IMG/VR virus record: IMGVR_UViG_3300046535_001151
Location: 12,272 to 76,271 of that record
From: a virus
DNA length: 64,000 nt
Strand: one strand, 5' to 3'
Below, piece after piece: positions 18,846-27,832 of the stretch. Position 1 is the stretch's first letter; every line of letters begins with the position of its first letter. The notes beneath the pieces are model-generated. The model saw only the letters and a program-made list of their open reading frames with translations. It searched no databases and was not told the DNA's origin. The translations under genes were made by a program, and so were the position numbers.

Positions 18846-18906
18846 GTTCGTACCTTGCGTGAGATCCGGAACTAGTACGCCCGGATCTCAGCGGAGGGTA
18901 CGAGCT

Positions 18907-19674
18907 ATGCGTCGTGGTGGTGGTGGTTTACCCAAGTCTGTAATTGTCTATCGCGGGCCTAGTCGATTCGACGGGGCGCCGATCGTGGCGATCGTCACGG
19001 GGCTACGTCGACCGTCGAATAATCCCAAAACCGGCAGAATGGCGCAGCTGTGGATCCTACGATCGGATATGTCCCCACTCGAAGCGATCGACAAGCGGGC
19101 GGATTATTCGGTGTGCGCGGATTGTCGGCTACGGGGGACCGGATCCAAGGATCGATCGTGCTATGTCAGTATGAAAAACGCCCCACTCGCAGTGTATCGG
19201 GCGTTTAAACGGGGGATGTATCCTACGGTCGACCCTTCCATAGTGGCCGAGTACCTCCGATCGGCCGATCTGTCGATACGGTTCGGGGCGTACGGGGAAC
19301 CGACAGCGCTACCGCGGTGGATCCTGGACGATCTGGCGGAGGGTACCACCTACACCGGATATACCCATCAGTGGAATTCGTCAGGGATAGCGGCCTACCG
19401 TCATTTACTGATGGCTAGCGTGGATTCGACGTCGGAAGCTGTACAGGCCGCTAGTCTCGGGTGGCGTACGTTCAGAACACGTACGGCTGAGAGTCCCCTG
19501 CTACCCCGAGAGATTGCGTGCCCGGCGTCTGATGAAATGGGACACCGGACTACGTGTGCGGAGTGTGCACTGTGCGACGGGGCGAGAGCGGGCGATCGGC
19601 GGAAACAGATCGCGATCGTGGTGCATGGATCGGGGAAAACTCACTATATGCAATTGATACGGAAGGGGTTGTAA
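18907..19674 (+). CDS. Cys-rich phage protein (Gp88-like, putative Fe-S enzyme)
   Basis: NPKTG, CADC..SCYV, RFGAYGEP, GYTHQW, CPA, CAECALC. Confidence 0.65.
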   Translation: MRRGGGGLPKSVIVYRGPSRFDGAPIVAIVTGLRRPSNNPKTGRMAQLWILRSDMSPLEAIDKRADYSVCADCRLRGTGSKDRSCYVSMKNAPLAVYRAFKRGMYPTVDPSIVAEYLRSADLSIRFGAYGEPTALPRWILDDLAEGTTYTGYTHQWNSSGIAAYRHLLMASVDSTSEAVQAASLGWRTFRTRTAESPLLPREIACPASDEMGHRTTCAECALCDGARAGDRRKQIAIVVHGSGKTHYMQLIRKGL

Positions 19675-19913
19675 TGCCGATCATCTGGACGGGTGACGAA
19701 CGCACGCAGGCCGATCAGGATCGATCAGTACTGATCAGTACTAAGAGACGGATCTCTCCCTCTGTGCAGTCCGGTGGAGGGACGGATCCGGCCTGGCGAG
19801 CGGATCAGGACAGGCGGAAGGAGGATCGACGGGTGCAGAGGTGGATCGAACTGGGGATCGGGGTGGGGATCTTGTTGGGTCTGGTGGTGTGGGAGACGTG
19901 GATCCATAGCTGA
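19674..19913 (+). CDS. Small membrane protein
   Basis: C-terminal TM IELGIGVGILLGLVVW; TAATG-coupled. Confidence 0.55.
   Translation: MPIIWTGDERTQADQDRSVLISTKRRISPSVQSGGGTDPAWRADQDRRKEDRRVQRWIELGIGVGILLGLVVWETWIHS
19723..19742. repeat. (GATCAGTACT)x2 self-complementary tandem
   Basis: Read directly from sequence. Confidence 0.85.
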
Positions 19914-19927
19914 GGGAGGGTAGGGGT

Positions 19928-20401
19928 ATGTGCTGTTGTCAACAACCGACGATCAACGGGGAAATGGGCTATCAGTGGGGCGTACGCGATGCACCAACGG
20001 TACGCGCCGTCAATCCACCAGACACAATCGAGAACATCCTGTACGACGAACCGGGCCGCTGTGGCGGGCAGGACAGCCATTGTCACCACTATCGGGTCGT
20101 GGGTGTGTCGACGGGCGCACGGTTCCCGCGGTTACTGGTACGGCATGGCGGAGGGGATGAATCGATCCGGCTGTCGAATGGCGGGGCGGTGCTTCGGGCG
20201 CTGAGTATGCTGGATTCAAACGGTCGGTACTGGCTCCTCAATGCGCTCTATCACGCGCAGGCAGACGCACGGCACGCGGGGCGTGAGGCGGTGGATGCGC
20301 TCTGGCGCCGGGCCGCGGCAGAGAAGCGGATCACGGTCAGGAAACAGCGCGGGCGAGAGGCTTTTACGGTTCACATTGAGGAGGCGGGGGCGAAAGTTTA
20401 G
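19928..20401 (+). CDS. Hypothetical protein
   Basis: 157 aa; DEPGRCGGQDSHCHH, LLVRHGGG. Confidence 0.7.
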   Translation: MCCCQQPTINGEMGYQWGVRDAPTVRAVNPPDTIENILYDEPGRCGGQDSHCHHYRVVGVSTGARFPRLLVRHGGGDESIRLSNGGAVLRALSMLDSNGRYWLLNALYHAQADARHAGREAVDALWRRAAAEKRITVRKQRGREAFTVHIEEAGAKV

Positions 20402-20434
20402 TAACGAAGGGGTATAAGGGTGGGGGGTAAAATG

Positions 20435-20629
20435 ACTGGCCTAACGGTAACTTACTGATTCTATTGGCTTAGAATCGGCCAATCGTTAGGCCAGTTAGGC
20501 CAGTTTACTGACCCAATGTGACAAAAGTAAGAACGTAAGGCCAGTAAGGCCAGTCGTGAATTGGCCTATTATTAAACCTATAAGTACTACTATATATAGG
20601 GGGTTACGTCTAAGGCCAGTAAGGCCAGT
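20435..20629. other. Putative replication origin (iterons plus AT-rich core)
   Basis: T(T/A)AGGCCAG at 20486, 20495, 20536, 20545, 20611, 20620; inverted copy at 20435; AT-rich tract ~20567-20598; adjacent to helicase gene. Confidence 0.7.
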
Positions 20630-20636
20630 CTCCCCC

Positions 20637-21641
20637 TTAGGAAGGGGTCGGTCGGGAGTACTGACCTCGGCCGGTACGGACCACTCGCCCATCTAACAGC
20701 AGGTCGTGGAGTTTGGTCTTAGCGCGGGATACTTCGACCTGACACACACGCTGGATCAGCTCGAGCAGAACCGCGTAAGCCATGCTCTCGGGCTGCTTCG
20801 GTACGACCTGGATCACGCCGTAGAGGGGATCGTCGGCAAGGATACTGAGGGATTCGGGATGGTACATGTCAAACAGGCCGGTCTCAGGGTTCTGGACGAG
20901 GTCGAAGGTACCCGCTTTCGCATGCGTAGGCAGCCATCCGAACGTGTGGTGAGGGTTGCCGGTATCCTCGGGGCCGAGCAGGTACATGGTGGTATCCGAA
21001 TACCCGACGAGGGCGCCAGAGCCACTCACACGCTCATGAGGGCGGAGATAGCGGTCCTTGGGGTCGGTACGCTGCTTCGACATGTGCCCGACCGCGAGAC
21101 AGGTCAGCTCGTGGGCATCGAGCACCTGAGTCATGGAGCCAATCCCTGCGACGACTTCGTTGTAGTCGTTCAGTTTGTTGGTGATGAACACAGTAGCGAC
21201 GTCGATCACGAGGAAGGCACCAGGGGGGAGTTTCAGCTTGTCGAGCGCGTATTTGAGGAGGGTGATCCGGGTAGCCGGCGAGGTCCGCATGTCGGCCCAG
21301 TTGAGGCGGGAATCGTCTCGGAGGCTGTAGAACTTGGGGATGAGCCCGACCTTCTCAAACCACGCGCCCTGATTGAGGGCCCATTTGTGGTCAGTGGTGA
21401 TGACCCCTACGGCATTCGGCGCGTTGGTCGACTGGCCACAGATGCTACGACCTTCGAGCAGCCGCGGCACCCACGACGCGTAGAGGCTGGTCTTGCCGGT
21501 CTTGGGCGGGCCTACAAAGAGACAGAAGGACCCGAACGGGATAATCCCGGGGATCGGGTCCGGATACGGTTGTGGGGCAGCCTCGTCAGCTTGTGGGGCT
21601 ATTTGACGGGAGTCAGGACTTGGTGGTAGATTCTCTGGCAT
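20637..21641 (-). CDS. AAA_25/RepA-like SF4 helicase with C-terminal wHTH
   Basis: GPPKTGKT Walker A, LVID Walker B, HMSK and GSGAL motifs. Confidence 0.8.
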   Translation of the reverse strand: MPENLPPSPDSRQIAPQADEAAPQPYPDPIPGIIPFGSFCLFVGPPKTGKTSLYASWVPRLLEGRSICGQSTNAPNAVGVITTDHKWALNQGAWFEKVGLIPKFYSLRDDSRLNWADMRTSPATRITLLKYALDKLKLPPGAFLVIDVATVFITNKLNDYNEVVAGIGSMTQVLDAHELTCLAVGHMSKQRTDPKDRYLRPHERVSGSGALVGYSDTTMYLLGPEDTGNPHHTFGWLPTHAKAGTFDLVQNPETGLFDMYHPESLSILADDPLYGVIQVVPKQPESMAYAVLLELIQRVCQVEVSRAKTKLHDLLLDGRVVRTGRGQYSRPTPS

Positions 21642-21769
21642 GTGATCTCCCTACGAGGTCGACGGCTTCATCTCCCGCCGCCCTCTGTCGTTCCCTTCAG
21701 CTCAAGCCGCCAGTCAGCGCCCGATCAGGACACCCCCCCGGTCGGGCGTTCGACTGTACGGAAGCCGAG

Positions 21770-21778
21770 ACTCTACCA
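21770..21778 (-). promoter_or_regulatory. Extended -10 promoter for helicase gene
   Basis: Minus strand TGG-TAGAGT, same -10 as the neighbouring promoters. Confidence 0.45.
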
Positions 21779-21806
21779 CAAAATATACCCACAACCAAAC
21801 TGCCAC

Positions 21807-21835
21807 TTGACAACCTGTCAGATACGCAGTAGAGT
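21807..21835 (+). promoter_or_regulatory. Sigma70-type promoter
   Basis: TTGACA-N17-TAGAGT; TGACA-ACC-TGTCA palindrome overlaps the -35. Confidence 0.8.
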
Positions 21836-21850
21836 CATAGAGTCCTAACC

Positions 21851-22198
21851 ATGAAAGTCACCGCCCAGCACAATCTCGAGAGCAAAACCGCCCTGCAGAA
21901 GGCTGCGGAACTCTCGCCCCACGAGATCCGGATCCGCATCCAACCCGGGGTGTATCAGAAGGATAACGGCAATTACCTCAGCTGGCGGGATGTGAGTTGG
22001 ACGGTGATCGTGGAGTCCGAGCGGGAGGCCCAGAGATTCAGGTCTGCCCTCGCGGCCTTCTTCGTCAGACTCGACCGGGTCGGGCTCGATGTGGTCCGTA
22101 TGGAACTCGAGGCCACGAACCGGGGCCTCACGTCGAGTCAAGTCGAGGAGCTGCTGAAGGATAAGGATGAGTCTGAGATCGTCAGCTTGACAGATTAG
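21851..22198 (+). CDS. Hypothetical protein
   Basis: 115 aa directly after promoter. Confidence 0.6.
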   Translation: MKVTAQHNLESKTALQKAAELSPHEIRIRIQPGVYQKDNGNYLSWRDVSWTVIVESEREAQRFRSALAAFFVRLDRVGLDVVRMELEATNRGLTSSQVEELLKDKDESEIVSLTD

Positions 22199-22215
22199 CA
22201 GTTGTCCTGTAGAGT
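22187..22215 (+). promoter_or_regulatory. Sigma70-type promoter for recombination/replication operon
   Basis: TTGACA-N17-TAGAGT. Confidence 0.75.
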
Positions 22216-22242
22216 CTGAGTAGTTGTGGTGGTGGAGGTGGT

Positions 22243-23640
22243 ATGCAGACGTTGTGGTTGACCGACAGAACACGATACTCAACCGGCACCGGCCGCTGTG
22301 CCCAGGAACGCTACCTCACCAACCATTTCGGTCCCACCGGTTACGGGATCGTCCCCCGATCAGACTCGCTGCCACTGGCCACCGGCATCTACGTGCACAA
22401 GGCCCTCGAGACCCTGTTCCAGCACCTCGCGGAGACCGATACCTTCCCACCGCTGAGCCTGATTCGATCAGCCATCCAGAAGGCGAGTGACGACTACGAA
22501 GCCAAGATCGAAGGATCCGGCTATCGCGGTCTGCTGGCGTCCGAGTCCTCGAGTCGAATCGTGCAGGAACAGAAACTCCTCCTGGCTGGACTGATCTATG
22601 CCCTCTGTCGCCAGCTCCTGCCGTGGCTGTGGAGGAACTACCGGGTGTTGGAGGCGGAGACCGAGTCGATCGTGGTGCTCGACTGCACATGCGGACTGGG
22701 GTCGACCACGGTCGAATCCCTGAATGCGGCCGAGCATGCCAGCCGCGACTGTCTCGGCATCGGTCAGATGCTGCGGCAGGATGTGATCGCCGAGCACCGT
22801 GAGACCAAACGCCTCGCCTACTTCGAAGCCAAGACCACGGGACAGGCGGGAGAATCGTGGGCGCCAGCCTGGGAGACCAAGCCTCAGTTAGGCATCGGGA
22901 CCTTTGGTATCGAAGCCCGATACGGTAAGTCCGTATCAGAGTTCTACATCATCGGGCTCTACAAAGGTCGACGGCAGAAGGTGGAGGATCCCTTCGAAGG
23001 CACCTGGTATCGACAGGATTCACCCTTCTGCTACGGGTTCTGTCGACCGGGGAATCCACCGTTAGCTCCTGACGATTGGCTACCCGCGTATGAGTGGGTG
23101 AATGCTGATGGTGAGACCAAGCGAGCCGGCAGGACCTATCAGAAGCGGAGCATTGCTGACCTGATCAACTCCGACTGGCCCACATGGTTGGAACGAGCGG
23201 ATCAGGCGATGACTCCGGGCGAGTTCTGGATCAACTTCCTGCCGCCGTCGGTGGTGGAGAAGCAGGTCTTTCTGGTCGGACCCCTGATCCCTCAGCAGGC
23301 GCAGATCGAAACCCTCAAGCATGCGATCGTGGGCGAGGAGCGGAAGTGGCAGGACATCCTGTGGAAGCTGTACGAATATCAGATCGATCATCCTTGGGAG
23401 AGTCCCGAGTTCCAGGCCAAGCTGAATAGCCTTGTGCCGCCGAGTTTTGAGTGTCGACGGTTCGGGCTGAGACATGAGTGTGCCTTCGTCCCGATCTGTT
23501 TTAAGCAGGCGGGCTGGGAAGATCCTCTCGGTGGTGGGAAGTTTGTCCCCAGACGTCCACACCATGAGCCCGAGCTGCAGGCCGCGATCGAACGGGGGCT
23601 GCTGCCCGAGCAGGCTGAGGAAAGTGAGGAAGAGGAATGA
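22243..23640 (+). CDS. PD-(D/E)XK exonuclease, Cas4/AddB-like
   Basis: N-terminal C, G..VHKALE, D...EAKT and C-terminal C..C...C Fe-S staple pattern. Confidence 0.75.
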   Translation: MQTLWLTDRTRYSTGTGRCAQERYLTNHFGPTGYGIVPRSDSLPLATGIYVHKALETLFQHLAETDTFPPLSLIRSAIQKASDDYEAKIEGSGYRGLLASESSSRIVQEQKLLLAGLIYALCRQLLPWLWRNYRVLEAETESIVVLDCTCGLGSTTVESLNAAEHASRDCLGIGQMLRQDVIAEHRETKRLAYFEAKTTGQAGESWAPAWETKPQLGIGTFGIEARYGKSVSEFYIIGLYKGRRQKVEDPFEGTWYRQDSPFCYGFCRPGNPPLAPDDWLPAYEWVNADGETKRAGRTYQKRSIADLINSDWPTWLERADQAMTPGEFWINFLPPSVVEKQVFLVGPLIPQQAQIETLKHAIVGEERKWQDILWKLYEYQIDHPWESPEFQAKLNSLVPPSFECRRFGLRHECAFVPICFKQAGWEDPLGGGKFVPRRPHHEPELQAAIERGLLPEQAEESEEEE

Positions 23641-24137
23641 GCCCAGTAGAAGGTTCTCGCTTCGGTACCAACCGTCCAGCCCCTGCCGCCATCCTCTGGC
23701 ACTGTCCCGCCTGTGGACAGGAGCAGAGTGGCCCGGTGGAACTCGGCTGTGCCAGCTGTGGAAATGGACAACCTGGGAGGCATAGCGGGGAGACGACGCC
23801 AGCGGGGAAGCGGCCCATTGAGGACGCGAGTGGACACAGTAGTTCTATCCTCGATCAAGCCTTCACTGCGTGGCACAAGGAACAACCGGCTGTCGAGAAG
23901 AAGATCTTTGTTGAGCGGTGGACGGCCTTCAAAGCGGGATGGGAGATCGCGATGGGTCAGTTACAGACGGCTCAATCGTCTTCTCCACTGACCGGCACGA
24001 TCCAATCCCGCACCATTCGTGCCGCCTTGGAGTTCTTCCGCGAACAGATTCTCACCGCCCAGCCTGAAGAGGTCACGACCGGGGAGTGGCTGAGTGCAGA
24101 AGCTGTGACAGAGATGTTAAGGGAGTACCCAGTATGA
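23637..24137 (+). CDS. Zinc-ribbon hypothetical protein
   Basis: WHCPACG...GCASCG. Confidence 0.65.
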   Translation: MSPVEGSRFGTNRPAPAAILWHCPACGQEQSGPVELGCASCGNGQPGRHSGETTPAGKRPIEDASGHSSSILDQAFTAWHKEQPAVEKKIFVERWTAFKAGWEIAMGQLQTAQSSSPLTGTIQSRTIRAALEFFREQILTAQPEEVTTGEWLSAEAVTEMLREYPV

Positions 24138-24364
24138 TCGACGACTATCTCGACCCCGAAGGAGCCGTATCCTTCCCCCGTCGGTACAATCCGTGGCACG
24201 AACTGGACATGCTGAACCACGCACACGTTCCTACTGAACATCCAGGGATCGTGATGCTGGGCGAACTACGACAGGGCGAGCGCTCTGCCAACCATCGGGA
24301 CTGCCTCGGCCCGAGTCTGACGCAACTCTTCGAGGAGGAAGGAGATCGTCATGGACGGGACTGA
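24134..24364 (+). CDS. Hypothetical protein
   Basis: ATGA-coupled. Confidence 0.5.
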   Translation: MIDDYLDPEGAVSFPRRYNPWHELDMLNHAHVPTEHPGIVMLGELRQGERSANHRDCLGPSLTQLFEEEGDRHGRD

Positions 24365-24581
24365 GTTGGCGAAGCATATCTTTGACACGGGCGTGAGCAT
24401 GAACCGCGTCCTCGCACAGGCCGTGGCGGATGGTGGAGGTGGGCTACTCCCACACATCTATCTGCTGGAGGGCTGCCTCAGCTACGCCGCCCTCGGCGTG
24501 TTCTCGACGCGAGCGAAGGCCGAGGCCGTGCAGCGGAATCTCGACTTCCCCACGACCATTCGGGAAGAGGTGGTGTACTAA
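24351..24581 (+). CDS. Hypothetical protein
   Basis: LGVFSTRAKAE motif; strong SD. Confidence 0.6.
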   Translation: MDGTELAKHIFDTGVSMNRVLAQAVADGGGGLLPHIYLLEGCLSYAALGVFSTRAKAEAVQRNLDFPTTIREEVVY

Positions 24582-25387
24582 TGGAGAATGGACTGAGCCC
24601 CGTCGGAAAGATCCCCACGCCCTCGCCAGTCGAGCCCAAACCGGATGGTCCGGTGCTTAGCCCGATTGCAGGCGTTCCGGGAGCTGGGACCGGCGGGGCT
24701 CCTCGCCCTCCAACCGGGGAGGAGATCAAGCAGCAGGCAGCCAAGGAGCGGGAGGAGCAGATCAAGGCGGCTCAGGAGGATGCTCGACTGGGCGTCAGAC
24801 GGTCTGCCACGATCGGCAAGCTGGTCCTCGCGCTATCGAAGGCGCAGGGCCAGATCAAGCCGGCGCTGCGGAAGTCGGACAATCCCTTCTTCAAGTCGAA
24901 GTTTGCCGACCTCGCCGCGACGTGGGATGCCTGTCGGGCTGCACTGGCGGAGAACGAGATCGCGGTGATCCAGCCGGTGAAGACCTCGGGGACCGTCGTG
25001 GTGGTGACCACCCTGCTGGCTCACAGCTCAGACGAGTGGGTGGAGGAATCTCTCACCATGCTGGCGGCACAGAACACCCCGCAGGCCATCGGGAGCACGA
25101 TCACCTACGCTCGCCGATACGGCCTCGCAGCGATGGTGGGGGTGGCACCGGAGGACGATGACGGACAGGCAGCCTCCACCGATCTCCCACCGAGTGTGAA
25201 GCAGGACACCGGAGTCAGGAGCAACCTGCAGCGGTCAGCGGGATCTGGTGTCAGCGATGAGATCCAGACGCCACAGGCCGCGGTCGTCAGTCGGCCGATC
25301 GCCTCACCTCGTCCCATGGTCAGTGCAGTCGGGAATCCACCCCCACCACCCGGACCCAAACCGCCTGAACGGGCACCAGGATCGTAG
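24581..25387 (+). CDS. erf: ERF family single-strand annealing protein
   Basis: NPFFKSKFADL and QAIGSTITYARRYGL...EDDDG signature. Confidence 0.92.
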   Translation: MENGLSPVGKIPTPSPVEPKPDGPVLSPIAGVPGAGTGGAPRPPTGEEIKQQAAKEREEQIKAAQEDARLGVRRSATIGKLVLALSKAQGQIKPALRKSDNPFFKSKFADLAATWDACRAALAENEIAVIQPVKTSGTVVVVTTLLAHSSDEWVEESLTMLAAQNTPQAIGSTITYARRYGLAAMVGVAPEDDDGQAASTDLPPSVKQDTGVRSNLQRSAGSGVSDEIQTPQAAVVSRPIASPRPMVSAVGNPPPPPGPKPPERAPGS

Positions 25388-25415
25388 ATCAGTACTGATC
25401 AGTACTGATCAGTAC
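25387..25415. repeat. (GATCAGTACT)x2.9 self-complementary tandem
   Basis: Begins at the erf stop codon. Confidence 0.9.
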
Positions 25416-25457
25416 AGTAGAGAGTCGTCAACCTCGTGAAGTGTAGGAGTTCAAGTT

Positions 25458-26093
25458 ATGAGTGGCAAGAGTCTGAGTGAATTGGAACTGAAAGAAGAAA
25501 CCCTCCCGGCACAGGCGTTCGACGATCTCCCGGACTTCGGGGCCTTCACCCCACCGCCCCAGCCCGGCCCGTATCGGTTCACCCTGCCGGCCGATCTGTC
25601 GAAGACGTGGGATGTCTACGAGACCGCCAAGGGGCAGCGGGTGAGACTCGTGTTGGATCGTGACGCTCCGCTGACGATCGTCGCCAGCCCGGGCAACAAG
25701 GCGAACGGCGACAGCTTCCAGACCCGCCTGTCGAATCAGGAGCGGAAGCGCGGCAACGTGGAGGCGTCCGATCTCGACTACCTCCTCCGAGCCTTCGGGG
25801 TGAAGACCCGTCCAGCGGGGAACAAGGCCACGGTCGAAGTGGTCTCGGGATTCGCGGGGAAGACCTTCGGGGCAGACATCACCTATTCCTTCGGCTGCAA
25901 CGACACCAAGAATATTCGGGTGGTTGGGGCGGATGGGAAGCTCGAGGAGGTTCAGGGTCGTCTGGGCTGCGGGAAGAAGTACTACCAGAAGGATCTCTCC
26001 AAGGATGCCCAGGGGAACTATCCCGATCAGGTGCAGTGTGCCTGTGGGGCGGTGCTGCGGGTGTTCGCCAATCTGGACAACATTCGGGCCTAG
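25458..26093 (+). CDS. Putative single-stranded DNA-binding protein
   Basis: PPPQPGPYRF N-terminal motif like DUF669-type OB-fold SSBs; follows ERF; four C-terminal Cys. Confidence 0.5.
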   Translation: MSGKSLSELELKEETLPAQAFDDLPDFGAFTPPPQPGPYRFTLPADLSKTWDVYETAKGQRVRLVLDRDAPLTIVASPGNKANGDSFQTRLSNQERKRGNVEASDLDYLLRAFGVKTRPAGNKATVEVVSGFAGKTFGADITYSFGCNDTKNIRVVGADGKLEEVQGRLGCGKKYYQKDLSKDAQGNYPDQVQCACGAVLRVFANLDNIRA

Positions 26094-26120
26094 TACTAGA
26101 TCAGTACTGATCAGTACTGA
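26092..26120. repeat. AGTACTA-(GATCAGTACT)x2-GA self-complementary tandem
   Basis: Begins at the stop codon of the SSB-like gene. Confidence 0.9.
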
Positions 26121-26172
26121 ACAGCCGTGTGGTCCCGAGCGGTGGGTCGGGGCACCCTTGAAGGAGTTGTGT

Positions 26173-26403
26173 ATGCCGCGAGCACAGGTTCATCCGATGG
26201 TTGAAGCGTTGAAGTACTTCGAGGAGGCCCCCCTCCACGACGTCGATACCGCCATCGCGTTAGTCAAGGAGATCGGTCGACGTCGTCACGCAGGAGAATC
26301 CATCCTCACCGTCAATGGGCCGAAGGTGGATCCCCCACAGCGGAAGCGGAGACTCGCCACCCCGCCCGAGAACACCGCGACCCAGCCAGGTGGTGAAGGG
26401 TAG
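26173..26403 (+). CDS. Hypothetical protein
   Basis: AAGGAG SD, ATG at 26173. Confidence 0.6.
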   Translation: MPRAQVHPMVEALKYFEEAPLHDVDTAIALVKEIGRRRHAGESILTVNGPKVDPPQRKRRLATPPENTATQPGGEG

Positions 26404-27560
26404 TGGATCGAGTCCCCTTCATGCTCGTCGGCGACGGTCCAGCCGATCCTACGGGTCTCGGCCGCATCGCTCGGGACCTTGCGGGTCTGATCGTGGCGAG
26501 CGATCTCCCGGTGGAGTTTGTCCAGATTGGAGGGTCTGTCCCTCCACCATGGACCGCGTGGCGACACTTCCCCCTTGATCGATCAGATGACTGGGGAGCC
26601 GCCTGCACCGCGAGATACTGGCAGGATCTCTTCGGGACCCAACCGGGGATCCTCTTCACCGTCTGGGATCCAGGGAGGTTGGTGGACTACGCCAACCTCG
26701 ATCTACCCGTGCAGAAGTGGGCCTATACGGCCATCGACGCGACGAATAGGAATGGCGTGATCAATGGTCCCGCAGCAGCAGCCCTGAGCCGGTTCGATCG
26801 GGTGCTGGCGTACGGGCGGTGGGGGGCGGAGGTCCTGAAGGCGACCTACGGGAAGGAGATCTCCTACCTCCCACATGGGATCACACCAGAGGTGTTTGCC
26901 ATTCCTCCGAGCGTGGAAGAGTACAAGTGGGTTGCGGCCACTCTCGGGCCCCATGTGGGTACCGCCGACGTCCTCGGAATGGTCGCAGCCAATCAGCCCC
27001 GGAAGGACTTCTCGATCTTCTTCGAGACCCTCGCCCTGTTGCGCCACCGCGGTCGGCATGTCTACGGCTGGCTCCATACCGATACCCCCGTGAAGGCATG
27101 GGCGGTGGCGCAGCTCGTGGAGGACTGCGGGCTGCAGCAGCGGATCACCCTGACCCTGGATCAGTTTACCGACCGGCAGCTGGCCCTCCTGTATCAGCGG
27201 TGTGGCTGCACGATGCTGACGAGCCTTGGAGAGGGATTCGGCTATCCGATCGTGGAGAGCCTCGCCAGCGGAACCCCAGTGGTGAGTGGTGAATGTGCGG
27301 GAGGCCGTGAGCTACTCCCCAAGGCTGCGTGGAAGGTGCCCGTGCGTTTACAACGCACCGAGAGCGTATACGCTCTCAAACGGCCAGTGTTCCTCGTGGA
27401 GGACTGGGCCAACGCGGTGGAACGGGCGATGGGGTGGAAGGCAACGGTGGGTGCAGAGGTGGCGGGTGCATACTGCAGGGGTACGGTAGCCCATCTTGAC
27501 TGGGCTGCACTGTGGCCACGATGGCGCGGATGGATCCGTCAAGGGTTGGAGGGCCGATGA
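26403..27560 (+). CDS. Glycosyltransferase family 4 (GT-B)
   Basis: PTGLGR, PHGI, NQPRKD, GEGFGYPIVESLASGTPVV. Confidence 0.9.
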   Translation: MDRVPFMLVGDGPADPTGLGRIARDLAGLIVASDLPVEFVQIGGSVPPPWTAWRHFPLDRSDDWGAACTARYWQDLFGTQPGILFTVWDPGRLVDYANLDLPVQKWAYTAIDATNRNGVINGPAAAALSRFDRVLAYGRWGAEVLKATYGKEISYLPHGITPEVFAIPPSVEEYKWVAATLGPHVGTADVLGMVAANQPRKDFSIFFETLALLRHRGRHVYGWLHTDTPVKAWAVAQLVEDCGLQQRITLTLDQFTDRQLALLYQRCGCTMLTSLGEGFGYPIVESLASGTPVVSGECAGGRELLPKAAWKVPVRLQRTESVYALKRPVFLVEDWANAVERAMGWKATVGAEVAGAYCRGTVAHLDWAALWPRWRGWIRQGLEGR

Positions 27561-27832
27561 CCACGCCGTCTCGTATCAGCGGGAAAGCCATCCTGATCAA
27601 CTTCGACGAACTGAGCGGGGAACAGGCCCTGCTGGCAGAGATCACGATCGACTGTCCGCACTGCGGCACGCACAGCCTGCGGATCGCGGGTCACCACCTC
27701 CGCACCCTGCAGCGGCTACTGGCGGAGTGGATTGAAGACTTTCCTGATCTCACCGGGAATGAATCCGGGATCGAGGTCATCAACCGCATGAAGTACGGGG
27801 GAATCCCTCCGACCGATCCGAGGATGAACTAA
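27557..27832 (+). CDS. Zinc-binding hypothetical protein
   Basis: CPHCG...HH. Confidence 0.6.
   Translation: MTTPSRISGKAILINFDELSGEQALLAEITIDCPHCGTHSLRIAGHHLRTLQRLLAEWIEDFPDLTGNESGIEVINRMKYGGIPPTDPRMN

Noticed and set aside
25387-26120. GATCAGTACT repeats as a CRISPR array
   Set aside because: Tandem 10-mers with no spacers; the nearby Cas4-like nuclease sits with ERF/SSB as a recombination exonuclease
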